A stretch of DNA of 64,000 bases, from the IMG/VR virus record IMGVR_UViG_3300032320_001447, positions 110,360 to 174,359 of that record. One strand, written 5' to 3'. The notes beneath the pieces were generated by a model. That model was not told where the DNA came from. It ran no database searches and saw only the letters and a list, made by a program, of their open reading frames with translations. The first letter of the stretch is position 1. Each line of letters begins with the position of its first letter. Positions 9,468-18,329 of the stretch are shown here, in pieces. The position numbers and the translations under genes are program-made. The DNA comes from a virus (lineage: Duplodnaviria > Caudoviricetes).

Positions 9468-9485
9468 AACTTACTTGTTTTTATA

Positions 9486-10727
9486 TTAGAAATTTCTCTT
9501 AGCTGCGATCGTATCTTTAACGAACTGCAAAATCTCTCTGTAGTCGAATCCGTCAGCCATTAAGCTTTCGATACCTGCTTTTATTCTATCTCCACCTAAA
9601 CTCATCATTCTATCGTCGTCGCTCATATCCATGTCATCATCGCCTCTAGTAATCTTATCGATACCAGTTTTGATAGAACCGAATGGATCTTCGTCTTCGT
9701 TTTGAATCATGTGTTCAGGCTCTGAGTAATCTATAGAAATATCATCATTAAAATCGTGATTGATTTGTGTGCCATGATCTTCAGCTATTTCTTCAGCAGG
9801 TGTAAGCATTTTTTCTAACGTATTGAATATCTTTGCCATTAAAGCCAAATAGCCTTCTTTTGTTTTCCAAAGATCTGTACCAGCTGCAACTACTTTTTGT
9901 AGCTTTGGTTCGTCCAAAAATCCTTCTTCTGATTCGTGAACTTCAACTGCGATACCGTCAACTCCTTCCCAACCTGGTGTAGCGTATATGATTGCGTTAG
10001 GGTATTTTTCGCTAGTCCAAGAGATTGATCCAGCTTGTTGTTCGATATCCGATTTCCAGTTACCGACTTCTTTACCTACTAAATCTTTTTCCCAATCCAT
10101 TCTATCTGCTTTACCGTTCCAATCTGCAGTATCAGATCCAGCAAAGATATCGTCTTCAGCTTCTTTCATGTGTGGAGCCTTATAAGCCGCAGCTTTAGCA
10201 CCAGTCACAGTTTTCTTGTCGTGATCTTTCTTGCTCATCTTGTCCAACATATCGCTTGAACGATGACGAGCCAGATTAGTGCGAGTGTTAGCGTGAGCCA
10301 TTTTACCAGCATCGCCGATAGATTTAACGTCGCCTTTCTCTTCTAAACCGTTGTCTTCGTTCCAACCAATTTGATATCCGTTCTTTTCAATTACTTTTCT
10401 TGCTTTCTTTTCGTCTTTAGTGTACACTTCTGCCTCTTCTCCCACTTGATTGGCTTTAACTTTAGCTTTTACGCCAGCTTTGTCAAGTAAATATTGAAAG
10501 TGCTCTGCTTCCTCTTCGATATCATAAGCATCAGGACAAGGAATAACGAAAGCTAATTGCTTTTTACCCTCTTCCATTTCTTCTGTTTCTTCAACAGCTT
10601 CCTCTTTGATAACGTTGAAATCGCCCAACGCTTGGTTAATGTCTTGATACCACATTTCGTTCAGCTGTTGGTAAGATCCAACTTGATTCTGTTTCATGTA
10701 GTCTTTTAAGTCGAAGTTATTCTTCAT
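9486..10727 (-). CDS. Acidic hypothetical protein, possible capsid-internal/scaffold-like protein
   Basis: Very D/E rich, repeated (L/I/M/V)xE motifs, ATATTTAT upstream (10751-10759). Confidence 0.55.
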   Translation of the reverse strand: MKNNFDLKDYMKQNQVGSYQQLNEMWYQDINQALGDFNVIKEEAVEETEEMEEGKKQLAFVIPCPDAYDIEEEAEHFQYLLDKAGVKAKVKANQVGEEAEVYTKDEKKARKVIEKNGYQIGWNEDNGLEEKGDVKSIGDAGKMAHANTRTNLARHRSSDMLDKMSKKDHDKKTVTGAKAAAYKAPHMKEAEDDIFAGSDTADWNGKADRMDWEKDLVGKEVGNWKSDIEQQAGSISWTSEKYPNAIIYATPGWEGVDGIAVEVHESEEGFLDEPKLQKVVAAGTDLWKTKEGYLALMAKIFNTLEKMLTPAEEIAEDHGTQINHDFNDDISIDYSEPEHMIQNEDEDPFGSIKTGIDKITRGDDDMDMSDDDRMMSLGGDRIKAGIESLMADGFDYREILQFVKDTIAAKRNF

Positions 10728-10837
10728 GTAATGTTGTTTAATTATACGTTAATAAATATCGAGCCATATCATTTAGAAAACGCGCCATCGTCCCCGATAA
10801 GCAGTAAATATAGAAATAGAAAATTATGACTAATCCG

Positions 10838-11053
10838 CTAAAGAGGACCTACTGTAGTACGACTTCGGTACGTGGGAGCCTCGTATGTTACCATGGCTTG
10901 ATGGTAAATGGTTTGTTGGAACTGCCCATTGGATTGGAAATTGGCCGCCATACCACCCAAGGGTTGCCAGCCCTCCTTGATCATGCGGTTAATTTGATCC
11001 ACGAATGCCTGCTCGCTGTTTGCGTACACGACCTCGTAACGTTGTATTTTCAT
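10838..11053 (-). CDS. DUF1737-like small protein
   Basis: 'YEVV...FVDQINRMIKEGWQPLGG...YHQAMV'. Confidence 0.65.
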   Translation of the reverse strand: MKIQRYEVVYANSEQAFVDQINRMIKEGWQPLGGMAANFQSNGQFQQTIYHQAMVTYEAPTYRSRTTVGPL

Positions 11054-11063
11054 ATTTGTAAGT

Positions 11064-11567
11064 TTAAATTTCGTAGGCCTCGGCGACCTCTTTTATGGTT
11101 GCGATTGCCAATTCGGTAGTACACTCGAAACCTTCTCGCTTCCGGTTAACGCGTTTACCGAACAGTTCTAGCTTCTCGTGCACTGCTCGCTCAATGGCTT
11201 TAGCGTTAACGCACTTGTGTTTGTATACCGAGAACCAAGGAGTAATAACTCCCGTTGCTGCATTGATCTCACGGGTGCGTTGATCTACTGTAGTAGTTGT
11301 CATACCAATCTTGCAAACTCCCGGTGTGCCCTTGTTCACCAAAACGTAAACCCATTGCGGCTTTCTAACGCTACCAGTTGGATCGAGTATGGCCTCACCA
11401 AAGTAAGTCACGTCCTCCCAACCTTCCTCGGTAGGAGTGCAGGTAAATGCTTTGGCCTTTTGTAAAGCGTACTTGTCGTTCTCTACATCCAAAGGCACGT
11501 AGAACCTGGACTGTTCTGAAGTAATGCGTTTCATATTAGTAGCGTGATTTGTATTTGATTGTTTCAT
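11064..11567 (-). CDS. T5orf172/MUG113-type GIY-YIG domain protein
   Basis: 'WVYVLVN...CKIGMT...RTREINAATGV...IERAVHEKL...REGF'. Confidence 0.8.
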   Translation of the reverse strand: MKQSNTNHATNMKRITSEQSRFYVPLDVENDKYALQKAKAFTCTPTEEGWEDVTYFGEAILDPTGSVRKPQWVYVLVNKGTPGVCKIGMTTTTVDQRTREINAATGVITPWFSVYKHKCVNAKAIERAVHEKLELFGKRVNRKREGFECTTELAIATIKEVAEAYEI

Positions 11568-11814
11568 TGAGTTGCTCTATTGCCCTGTGAATGTCCTGGA
11601 GTACTTGTAGCAAGGGTGAACTTTCGTCCGTTACTTGATCCAATCCTCGTAGGCCCAAATGTAGGCCTCCACCTTGTCGTCTGCCGTTTGCTCCTCTAGG
11701 TACTGCTTGGCGTCCCGATCCACTTCCCATCTTAGGCCCCACGAGTCCGCTTCCACTAGAATCATTTCGATCATTAGTTGGTCCTCCTTGCTGGTTGGTT
11801 GGTTGCTCATGCAT
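11536..11814 (-). CDS. Gly/Ser-rich hypothetical protein
   Basis: ORF track; fits the minus-strand gene chain. Confidence 0.45.
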   Translation of the reverse strand: MHEQPTNQQGGPTNDRNDSSGSGLVGPKMGSGSGRQAVPRGANGRRQGGGLHLGLRGLDQVTDESSPLLQVLQDIHRAIEQLNETIKYKSRY

Positions 11815-12191
11815 GATTAGCTTTGGTTTGAGTTTTCAGATAAGTACACATACAGAAACAGTGTGCCGATGGTGAACTCGTTTAGAGAGTGCGTGAACTC
11901 TCCACGTAATAGGTTAAACAGGCACAACAAATAGTTTGCTACGATTAAAAAGAGCGTGATGTACTTTAAAGCTTTTTTCATAAATTTAGATTTAATTTTT
12001 GGGGTAATTACTAAAATTGGGAATTCTCATGGGTCTCGTCCATGGTGCGTTCTTTGATTTTCTGCAGCCTGAATTCAATAGCCTTTAGACTCTGCTCGCA
12101 CTCATGGATACGCCTTAAGGTGTCCTGTCTGGACGATGCCTTATTCATGGCACTAATGTTGGTCATAAGATCTATTAGCAGGTCTAACATA

Positions 12192-12362
12192 TTACTTGGT
12201 CTTTTTTACCATGGTTTGGATGTATCTGATACCGTTACTGTCTGTGTGGATAAGCATTGAAGTGTTTGTGATCACATAGTTGAAAGCCATACGATCGTTC
12301 ACCTTCTTTTCCAATTCTGAGATTGTGTTTGCTTCTACTACCACGAAATTTAATTCTGCCAT
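12192..12362 (-). CDS. Second DUF1737-like small protein (56 aa, not in ORF track)
   Basis: MAELNFVVVEANTISELEKKVNDRMAFNY...YIQTMVKKTK*; same pattern as 10838..11053. Confidence 0.5.
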   Translation of the reverse strand: MAELNFVVVEANTISELEKKVNDRMAFNYVITNTSMLIHTDSNGIRYIQTMVKKTK

Positions 12363-12363
12363 T

Positions 12364-12603
12364 TTATTTTAATTGTTTGTAAGTTTGTTTATAGTACTCG
12401 TCATTAGGATTAGGCTCTTGAACTCCATCCCCGTATCCCTGAGAATATGCCTCTTCTATTTGCTCTTTTTCTTTTTCAAGTGCTTTATTAGCTTTTACTC
12501 TTGCAGCTACTAATCCTTCTGCAAAATCAGTTGAATCATTACCTTTTAATCCTTCAATAGCTATATCAAGCCATTCAATTAATTCTTGCATTGCTGTTTT
12601 CAT
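12364..12603 (-). CDS. Small phage protein (MKTAMQEL...ALEKEKEQIEEAY type)
   Basis: ORF track; recognisable small-phage-protein pattern. Confidence 0.6.
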   Translation of the reverse strand: MKTAMQELIEWLDIAIEGLKGNDSTDFAEGLVAARVKANKALEKEKEQIEEAYSQGYGDGVQEPNPNDEYYKQTYKQLK

Positions 12604-12640
12604 AATGTATATTTGTATTTACTCTTTTAAGTTTACCAAA

Positions 12641-12797
12641 ACCGGGGAATTCTCGGTGACGGACTAAGGGACCAGGGGCCCCCTAGCAGTTCGCTGCCTC
12701 CGATAACCATGACATTGGCGGGACGCTAGTTGGTCGCTAGCGTTCGAATATTTCCACTAGCGACCGACTTGCAATCCTGTCGGTAAGACGACCGGCC
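12641..12797 (+). other. GC-rich, hairpin-dense non-coding element
   Basis: ACCGGGGAATTCTCGGT, GGGGCCCC, GCAG-TTCG-CTGC, AGTTGGTCGCTAG...CTAGCGACCGACT, GTCG-GTAAGA-CGAC. Confidence 0.55.
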
Positions 12798-13592
12798 TTA
12801 TGCTGCCACGAAGCGGTCAGCGATCTGCCATAGGCCTTGATTCAGAACCATGTCCTCTATAGGATTGGTGATGGCTCTTGCCGTACGGTTGTTCATCTGA
12901 TAGCCTCCTTTGATCAGGTTCTCTTGTACTCTATTGAATGTGTGCCATAGAGTGTTTGCCCTGTCTGCGTCTCGTCTTGGGTTTAGAATCTCCATGATCT
13001 CGTACTCCTCGGGCGTTCTGTCAGTTGAGATCCTTAACTTCAATGCTTCTGTAGCGAATGCTCTTCTCTCTGCCGCTGACATGTCTTTGCCCGCCCATCT
13101 TGATATTGTACCTACTGTCTTGTTCATGATGCTCATCTTCTCTTCTATCTTCTCCTTCAATGAGTCTAAGGTAAACTTGGTGTGTCTCTCTTTGAAGCCA
13201 CCAAAGTCTTGCGTCTTAAGTACCAAGCCGTTCTCGCATACCAATCTGAATAGACCTGCTTCGAACTGTAATGGCTTTGTACCATCGTGTGAGTTAATTA
13301 CTACTATCTCAGGTCTTGCCTCTACTCCGCCATTCTCGTCTTTGATGTAGATGTCGGGGTGTTGGAACCTAACGATGTGGATACCGTAGTCCTTACGTAA
13401 TGCAGACTTGGATTGGGACTGCTGTACCTTTGTCAGTTGCCATCCTTGGCCGTTCATCTGATCAATGATACCTGTAGTTGGTGTGAATGTGTATAGCTTC
13501 TGATTGATGTAAGAAGCAGGCTCCGTAGCGAAGATTGCTGGTGCCATTGTCTTTGCGCGTTCTAATGAGATTGTTTCGATTGTTTTTGTCAT
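12798..13592 (-). CDS. DUF932/DUF945 family protein
   Basis: 'INSHDGT...FEAGLFRLVCENGLV', 'RRDAD...LWHTFNRVQENLIKGG', 'LNQGLW'. Confidence 0.85.
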   Translation of the reverse strand: MTKTIETISLERAKTMAPAIFATEPASYINQKLYTFTPTTGIIDQMNGQGWQLTKVQQSQSKSALRKDYGIHIVRFQHPDIYIKDENGGVEARPEIVVINSHDGTKPLQFEAGLFRLVCENGLVLKTQDFGGFKERHTKFTLDSLKEKIEEKMSIMNKTVGTISRWAGKDMSAAERRAFATEALKLRISTDRTPEEYEIMEILNPRRDADRANTLWHTFNRVQENLIKGGYQMNNRTARAITNPIEDMVLNQGLWQIADRFVAA

Positions 13593-13632
13593 AACTTTTA
13601 TTTTATATTTTGATAGAATTGGATACAAAGAA

Positions 13633-13664
13633 AAGAAGGGAGAACGTAATTGAACTCCCTTCTT
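13633..13664 (-). terminator. Intrinsic terminator
   Basis: AAGAAGGGAG...CTCCCTTCTT inverted repeat with a U-rich tail on the minus strand. Confidence 0.6.
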
Positions 13665-13670
13665 AGTAGA

Positions 13671-13919
13671 TTATGCCATTAAGCTAGATAACTTAACTGC
13701 ATTGCTGATACGACCACGAGTTGTATCGTAGGCTTCGTTCACGATCTTCTCGTTGAAGTACTTACCAGCAATCACGTCAGATACGTGGGTTGTAGAGAAA
13801 CCTGTAGTTTCAGCTACGTTTGTAATGTCGCCGTTGCGTAATTTGCGGTTGATACGGCTTACTTTCTGGATATAGCTTAACTTAGTGTAGCTACTTGGTC
13901 TGTTTGAGTTTGTGCTCAT
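13671..13919 (-). CDS. Small helix-turn-helix DNA-binding protein
   Basis: 'GDITNVAETTGFSTTHVSDVIAG' HTH pattern. Confidence 0.65.
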   Translation of the reverse strand: MSTNSNRPSSYTKLSYIQKVSRINRKLRNGDITNVAETTGFSTTHVSDVIAGKYFNEKIVNEAYDTTRGRISNAVKLSSLMA

Positions 13920-13972
13920 GTTGATTGTTTTTGATTAACGAATATAGGTAAATATAACCAATTCTGGTGATA

Positions 13973-14314
13973 CTATAAAGCTAAAGTTTTAAGTGCCTCT
14001 AACTCTTTGGTGTACTCCTTCATCTTGTCGTTGTACATAGATAGACCATAGTCACCCTCTTTATAGTCTTGCATCATTGCCCAAAGTTGTTGGTACTTGA
14101 TCAAACACTCGAGTATCTCCATTCTTGTCTGTCTTGCAGATCTGCGCCATTCGTCGGCTGTCATTGCGATTTCGTAATCCATGTCAAATCTCATGTTCAT
14201 ATTGGCGATCTCCAATCTACTACTCAGCAATCCAATGATACCTGCCATTGTGTTGCTTCTTCTTGCTAAAAACAGTTCGTGCGACTCATGCGCAGATTCT
14301 AATTCTTGATTCAT
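13973..14314 (-). CDS. Hypothetical protein
   Basis: ORF track, AT-rich leader. Confidence 0.6.
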   Translation of the reverse strand: MNQELESAHESHELFLARRSNTMAGIIGLLSSRLEIANMNMRFDMDYEIAMTADEWRRSARQTRMEILECLIKYQQLWAMMQDYKEGDYGLSMYNDKMKEYTKELEALKTLAL

Positions 14315-14339
14315 ATATAACTTTTATTTGATTTAATTT

Positions 14340-14603
14340 TTATTCTGCCCAACCACTGAATGGATCTACGTAGTGATTTAATTCATTGGTGTTTAACTTG
14401 TATTCGTCCGTTTTAGTTTTTACCAATACTGTCGCTTTATTAACTTTAGTTATTACGCCGTACTCAGTAGTATCGTAATAACTCATACCTCGTTCATTAC
14501 TAAATGTAAGGAATTGAACGCGATCGCCTACTTGGAATGTTACTACTGGTTGTTTTGTTATCTTTATCATATTACTTAGTTTTATTGTGTTCTTCAATCG
14601 CAT
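14340..14603 (-). CDS. Hypothetical SH3/KOW-like small protein
   Basis: 'FQVGDRVQF...GVITKVNKATVLV'; exact start uncertain. Confidence 0.55.
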   Translation of the reverse strand: MRLKNTIKLSNMIKITKQPVVTFQVGDRVQFLTFSNERGMSYYDTTEYGVITKVNKATVLVKTKTDEYKLNTNELNHYVDPFSGWAE

Positions 14604-14759
14604 TCAATAAGGTCTGAGCTCTATAAGCTATAGCGTCTATATCTGCCTCTTTACGGCCTGATGTCCACGTATCGCTATTAAACAATTCACATAGGGCGAT
14701 TTCAACTGTCTTTAATTCTGCGGGTGTTAATTCTAATTTCATATATAACTTTTATTTAA

Positions 14760-15050
14760 TTACAAACTTGATGCAATGATCTTGCGTGCAGCTTCTTTCG
14801 TAAAACCAACCATAACGATGTCAGAGATAAGCTGGCCTACGTTCTGGAACTTTCCGTTCTTAACGTTGTACTGCGCTGCCAAAGCTTTGATGGTGGTGCC
14901 TTCGCGCTTAAACATAGCGAGGAAACTGTTGGCCTGCTTGATCTGGTTACGCGTTCTACAAGAGATATTGTGCTTGGTGCCCAAGATATCTGTATAGGTT
15001 ACTACTGCGTTGAAACTTACGCTGGCATTGGACTGTATCATTTTTCTCAT
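14760..15050 (-). CDS. Hypothetical early protein
   Basis: ORF track; likely start ATG 15050. Confidence 0.6.
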   Translation of the reverse strand: MRKMIQSNASVSFNAVVTYTDILGTKHNISCRTRNQIKQANSFLAMFKREGTTIKALAAQYNVKNGKFQNVGQLISDIVMVGFTKEAARKIIASSL

Positions 15051-15251
15051 AACTAATTGGTTTTCAATGGGTTGAGCGGTTAATAGGGTGGGCTGCAACC
15101 ATAGTAAAAGTACTACAAATAGCGATACCAAAAAAATATTTAGCCTCTTTTTTTAAAACTTCTCGATTGAGAACCAATCAGTTATAACGCGTTGATACCC
15201 AAAGTGTTCCACGCAGAAAGAGGGGCCTCCCCATTGGAAACCAATCAGTTA
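15050..15251. repeat. Cluster of four 25-bp imperfect palindromes (TAAC-TGA/GCG-TTG...CAAT...)
   Basis: Copies at about 15050-15074, 15160-15184, 15185-15209, 15227-15251. Confidence 0.75.
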
Positions 15252-15665
15252 TGAGTATTTAGCCCACCTGCTGTCTAGCTCGGCTTGGCATACACTCATC
15301 AATTTATGTAAGGTTGGATTGTCTGGAAACTGAGCCAAACGTTTATTTAGAACATGGACAGAGAAGTGTATCGATCCGCCCTTTAACCTATTGTCTTGAT
15401 TAAGCATAGGAATATAATTCATATAGTTGAAACAAAGCATAAGATCCTCTCTCTTCTCTATATCAAATAGATTCTGAGGCACTACATGATCCAGCTGCCA
15501 TTCCGTTCCGTAATTCATTCTATTGATTGACTCGTCCCAAAAATGGCTGTCTATAAAGTCCATGAACTGGATCTTGCCGATTCCTATGATCTCGCTTATG
15601 ATCTTGCATGGTAAATTGGTAGAGTAGTATCTATTGACTTGCTGTTGTAGTTGTTTCTTATTCAT
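15249..15665 (-). CDS. HNH/EndoVII-like endonuclease
   Basis: 'NYGTEWQLDHVVP...CFNYMNYIPMLNQDNRLKG'; ATATTTAT at 15671-15679. Confidence 0.75.
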   Translation of the reverse strand: MNKKQLQQQVNRYYSTNLPCKIISEIIGIGKIQFMDFIDSHFWDESINRMNYGTEWQLDHVVPQNLFDIEKREDLMLCFNYMNYIPMLNQDNRLKGGSIHFSVHVLNKRLAQFPDNPTLHKLMSVCQAELDSRWAKYS

Positions 15666-15823
15666 ATAGTAATAAATATGTGCACTACTGCACAATTAGA
15701 TTTTTTTCGTATTGTATTGGATCCGGGCGTATATACAAAAATATTCCTGGATGGTGGGCACAAATAAGATATTTATAAGTTCCACACCATGGGGCCACCT
15801 CACCTCAGGATCTGCTCTCTAGC

Positions 15824-15877
15824 ATTGACACTTTTTAACACAAATTGACACTTTTTACCACCCGCTTTTTACCATAC
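15824..15877. repeat. 20-bp tandem repeat with 10-bp periodic GTG(G/T) boxes
   Basis: ATTGACACTTTTTAACAC (15824-15841), ATTGACACTTTTTACCAC (15844-15861), partial CTTTTTACCA. Confidence 0.75.
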
Positions 15878-15904
15878 TCTCACGCCATTTCCAGTACACA
15901 CAAT

Positions 15905-15932
15905 AAAAAACCCCAACGTAGAAACGTTAGGG
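15905..15932 (-). terminator. Intrinsic terminator
   Basis: Minus strand CCCTAACGT-TTCT-ACGTTGGGG-TTTTTT downstream of 15957..16580. Confidence 0.65.
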
Positions 15933-15956
15933 CTCGGTTTTATCCTAAAAAATCTC

Positions 15957-16580
15957 TTATTTAATTCTCCAGTATACTCCGCTGTTAACGTAAGGAGTCC
16001 ATACTAGGTTCGTGTTGTCCACTCTTTGATTGCTGTATCCTATACCTAGGTTGTATACTCTTTTGTCCTTCTTGCTATTCATTAGCACTCCAATTCCAAG
16101 ATGCGATACCAGATTGGTGTGGTTTAATCCGCCTTCGAAACCGTAGTACAGCTTTCTCTTTGCGGGCTCTTTAACTAGTACTGTGTCCTTCTTGATCTCT
16201 AATCTCGGTTTGATACTTGCGATAAAGCTTCTAGAGAATATCCTGTTCTCTGTAATAGAGTCTAGTACTGATACCGAGCCTTCTGATAGTCTTAATGTGT
16301 CTTGGTACCCAACTCTTGAGTAGTACTGCTTTAATATGCTTGCTGTGTCTACTAGGGCTGGTACTACGACCTCCTTCTCTACTGTGACCTTCTTGTATAC
16401 GGTCTTGCCCTTCTTGAACACTACCTTTTGGTCTACTACTGTTACTGTGTCTGTGGTGCTCTTTAAGACTTCGTACGGTTTGTCAATATAGACTTTCTCT
16501 TTAGGACCAAACCACTTTAATGCCAACAAAGAGATCAACACAACGATCGCAATGTTCTTTACGCTTAATAACTGTTTCAT
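15957..16580 (-). CDS. Membrane-anchored protein with 'DTV' repeats and C-terminal beta-strands
   Basis: N-terminal TM helix, 'TDTVTV', 'YQDTL', terminal 'GVYWRIK'. Confidence 0.6.
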   Translation of the reverse strand: MKQLLSVKNIAIVVLISLLALKWFGPKEKVYIDKPYEVLKSTTDTVTVVDQKVVFKKGKTVYKKVTVEKEVVVPALVDTASILKQYYSRVGYQDTLRLSEGSVSVLDSITENRIFSRSFIASIKPRLEIKKDTVLVKEPAKRKLYYGFEGGLNHTNLVSHLGIGVLMNSKKDKRVYNLGIGYSNQRVDNTNLVWTPYVNSGVYWRIK

Positions 16581-16617
16581 TTTATTTTGTTTTTATATAT
16601 AATTTTGATTCTGGCTT

Positions 16618-16830
16618 TTATAGCTTCTCGATCTCTTGTCTTACTTCTAACCAATAACTTTCTACTGTTCCACTCCAATCAAGCCATTCTGGTTCTGGTT
16701 CCGACAGTCTTGCCTTTAATATCTCATCTACTGCTATTAATGCACAGGCTTTGGCTCTCTCTTTTGAGTTAGTGTTTGTGTGTTGGTAAAACTTATCTAC
16801 CAAATCTACGGCTTTCTCTTGTGGTGTCAT
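16618..16830 (-). CDS. Small phage protein (MTPQEKA...CALIAVDEI...YWLEVRQEIEKL)
   Basis: ORF track; recognisable small-phage-protein pattern. Confidence 0.65.
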   Translation of the reverse strand: MTPQEKAVDLVDKFYQHTNTNSKERAKACALIAVDEILKARLSEPEPEWLDWSGTVESYWLEVRQEIEKL

Positions 16831-16845
16831 ACGCTTTCTCTTTAC

Positions 16846-17130
16846 TTAAATCCAATGTGTATTCGTGGGCTTAACTAGTCTACTTATCTCCTCTTGTACC
16901 TTTACTGCTATTGCCAATTCTAATGCCTTCTGCTTAAAGTCTGTAGTGAAATAGAACCTTGGCCAATTCGACTTCATCTTGATTTGGTGTAGCTCGAAGC
17001 CTGGAATTAGAGTCATGTCTTGCATTACTCTATCCATGTACTCGGTCACCTTTGGCTCGTCGAACTCTAGTCCGTCCCATAAGCTCGGTATCCACTGCTT
17101 GTACTTGAGGTTGAATTCTTTCTGTGTCAT
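16846..17130 (-). CDS. Hypothetical protein
   Basis: Likely start ATG 17130; 'QIKMKSNWPRFY' motif. Confidence 0.55.
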   Translation of the reverse strand: MTQKEFNLKYKQWIPSLWDGLEFDEPKVTEYMDRVMQDMTLIPGFELHQIKMKSNWPRFYFTTDFKQKALELAIAVKVQEEISRLVKPTNTHWI

Positions 17131-17131
17131 A

Positions 17132-17404
17132 CTAGATCTCTGCGTTGTACGATTTAAAATTATCGTGATGCGCTGAGTAACCACGGATTCTGCCAAACAA
17201 TGGCGTCCACTCTTTTGTTACTACTTCCTTCTCCATCTCGATCTTGTTGATCGTGTAGTCGCTTTCACTTAGCACTTTCGCTACGTAGGCAGACACGTCC
17301 TTAATGTTCTCGTACTCTCTTTCAATACCGTTCTTGAATGTGATCTTGATCTTACTTCCACCCTCGATCAATGACAATGGGTTCATTTCGTACCGGTTTC
17401 TCAT
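17132..17404 (-). CDS. Hypothetical protein
   Basis: ORF track; TATATTTG upstream. Confidence 0.6.
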   Translation of the reverse strand: MRNRYEMNPLSLIEGGSKIKITFKNGIEREYENIKDVSAYVAKVLSESDYTINKIEMEKEVVTKEWTPLFGRIRGYSAHHDNFKSYNAEI

Positions 17405-17436
17405 AACTTTAGTTGTTGTTTGTTATCAAATATACT

Positions 17437-18093
17437 CTATTTCTTCCTCTTTGCGAAATCTAAGTCTTTAGTGCTCTGTCTCTCTATCATATCGTAGTAG
17501 TAGGAGTCGGTGTCCTCCGATACCCACCTGTCCGATTGGTTCTCTACCGAAACCAAATCCGTGTCGACCTTGAACTGCTTCAAGTCTTGAGGTAACGGCT
17601 TTGTCACCCAATTCGAGTCCTTCCAAAACAGTCTGTTGTTCGGCATACATACCAAATAGCCTTCGTCGCTCTTTAGTACGTGTCCGCACTTGTAGTCCGA
17701 TGGCTCGTTACTGTACGGGTTGTCGTACCAATCGATGGTAAACATGTACGTGCACCAAACCTGACTGCCGTCCCTTAATGTGGCCTGCGCTCTGTGATTG
17801 GCCAAGAACTCGTACTCTGTTACGCTCGCGTTCTCGCTAAAGCAGTCCCATAACTGCTTGTAGTGGTACGGCACATCGTTGGTTGGGGCTTTCGTGTAGA
17901 TCTCGCTTATTGGTACTCGGCTTCTTAACATGCCCGAGTCGGTCATCACGTGAAAGGTAAGTATTTTGCCCGTTACGGACTGAGCACCGAACACGTACAC
18001 GTCGTAGTACTCGTTCTCGTCATCACTGCTTTTGGTAAAGTGGCTCTTTTTTACCAAGGCTTTAAAGCTCGGCACGTTTAGGTTTAATCGCAT
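17437..18093 (-). CDS. Conserved-looking phage hypothetical protein
   Basis: 'QLWDCFS', 'YMFTIDW', 'KCGHVL', 'PNNRL' motifs. Confidence 0.65.
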   Translation of the reverse strand: MRLNLNVPSFKALVKKSHFTKSSDDENEYYDVYVFGAQSVTGKILTFHVMTDSGMLRSRVPISEIYTKAPTNDVPYHYKQLWDCFSENASVTEYEFLANHRAQATLRDGSQVWCTYMFTIDWYDNPYSNEPSDYKCGHVLKSDEGYLVCMPNNRLFWKDSNWVTKPLPQDLKQFKVDTDLVSVENQSDRWVSEDTDSYYYDMIERQSTKDLDFAKRKK

Positions 18094-18329
18094 TTATTTA
18101 CCGCTTTTTTGTCTTATCCAATTGTACATGTAGTCTCTCGATGATGGTGTGGCTTCCGTAGGTTTTGATTGCCACGATTCCGAAGCAGCCAACGAACCGG
18201 TCAACTCGCTTGACTGTGAGTGGTGATTCGTCGTCGTATTATCATTAGTATCGGGTCGGGTCATCTATCTTTGTATTTACTAGGTTCTCGGGATCGATCT
18301 TGTTCTTAGTCGTGTTATAAGTCTCTCTT

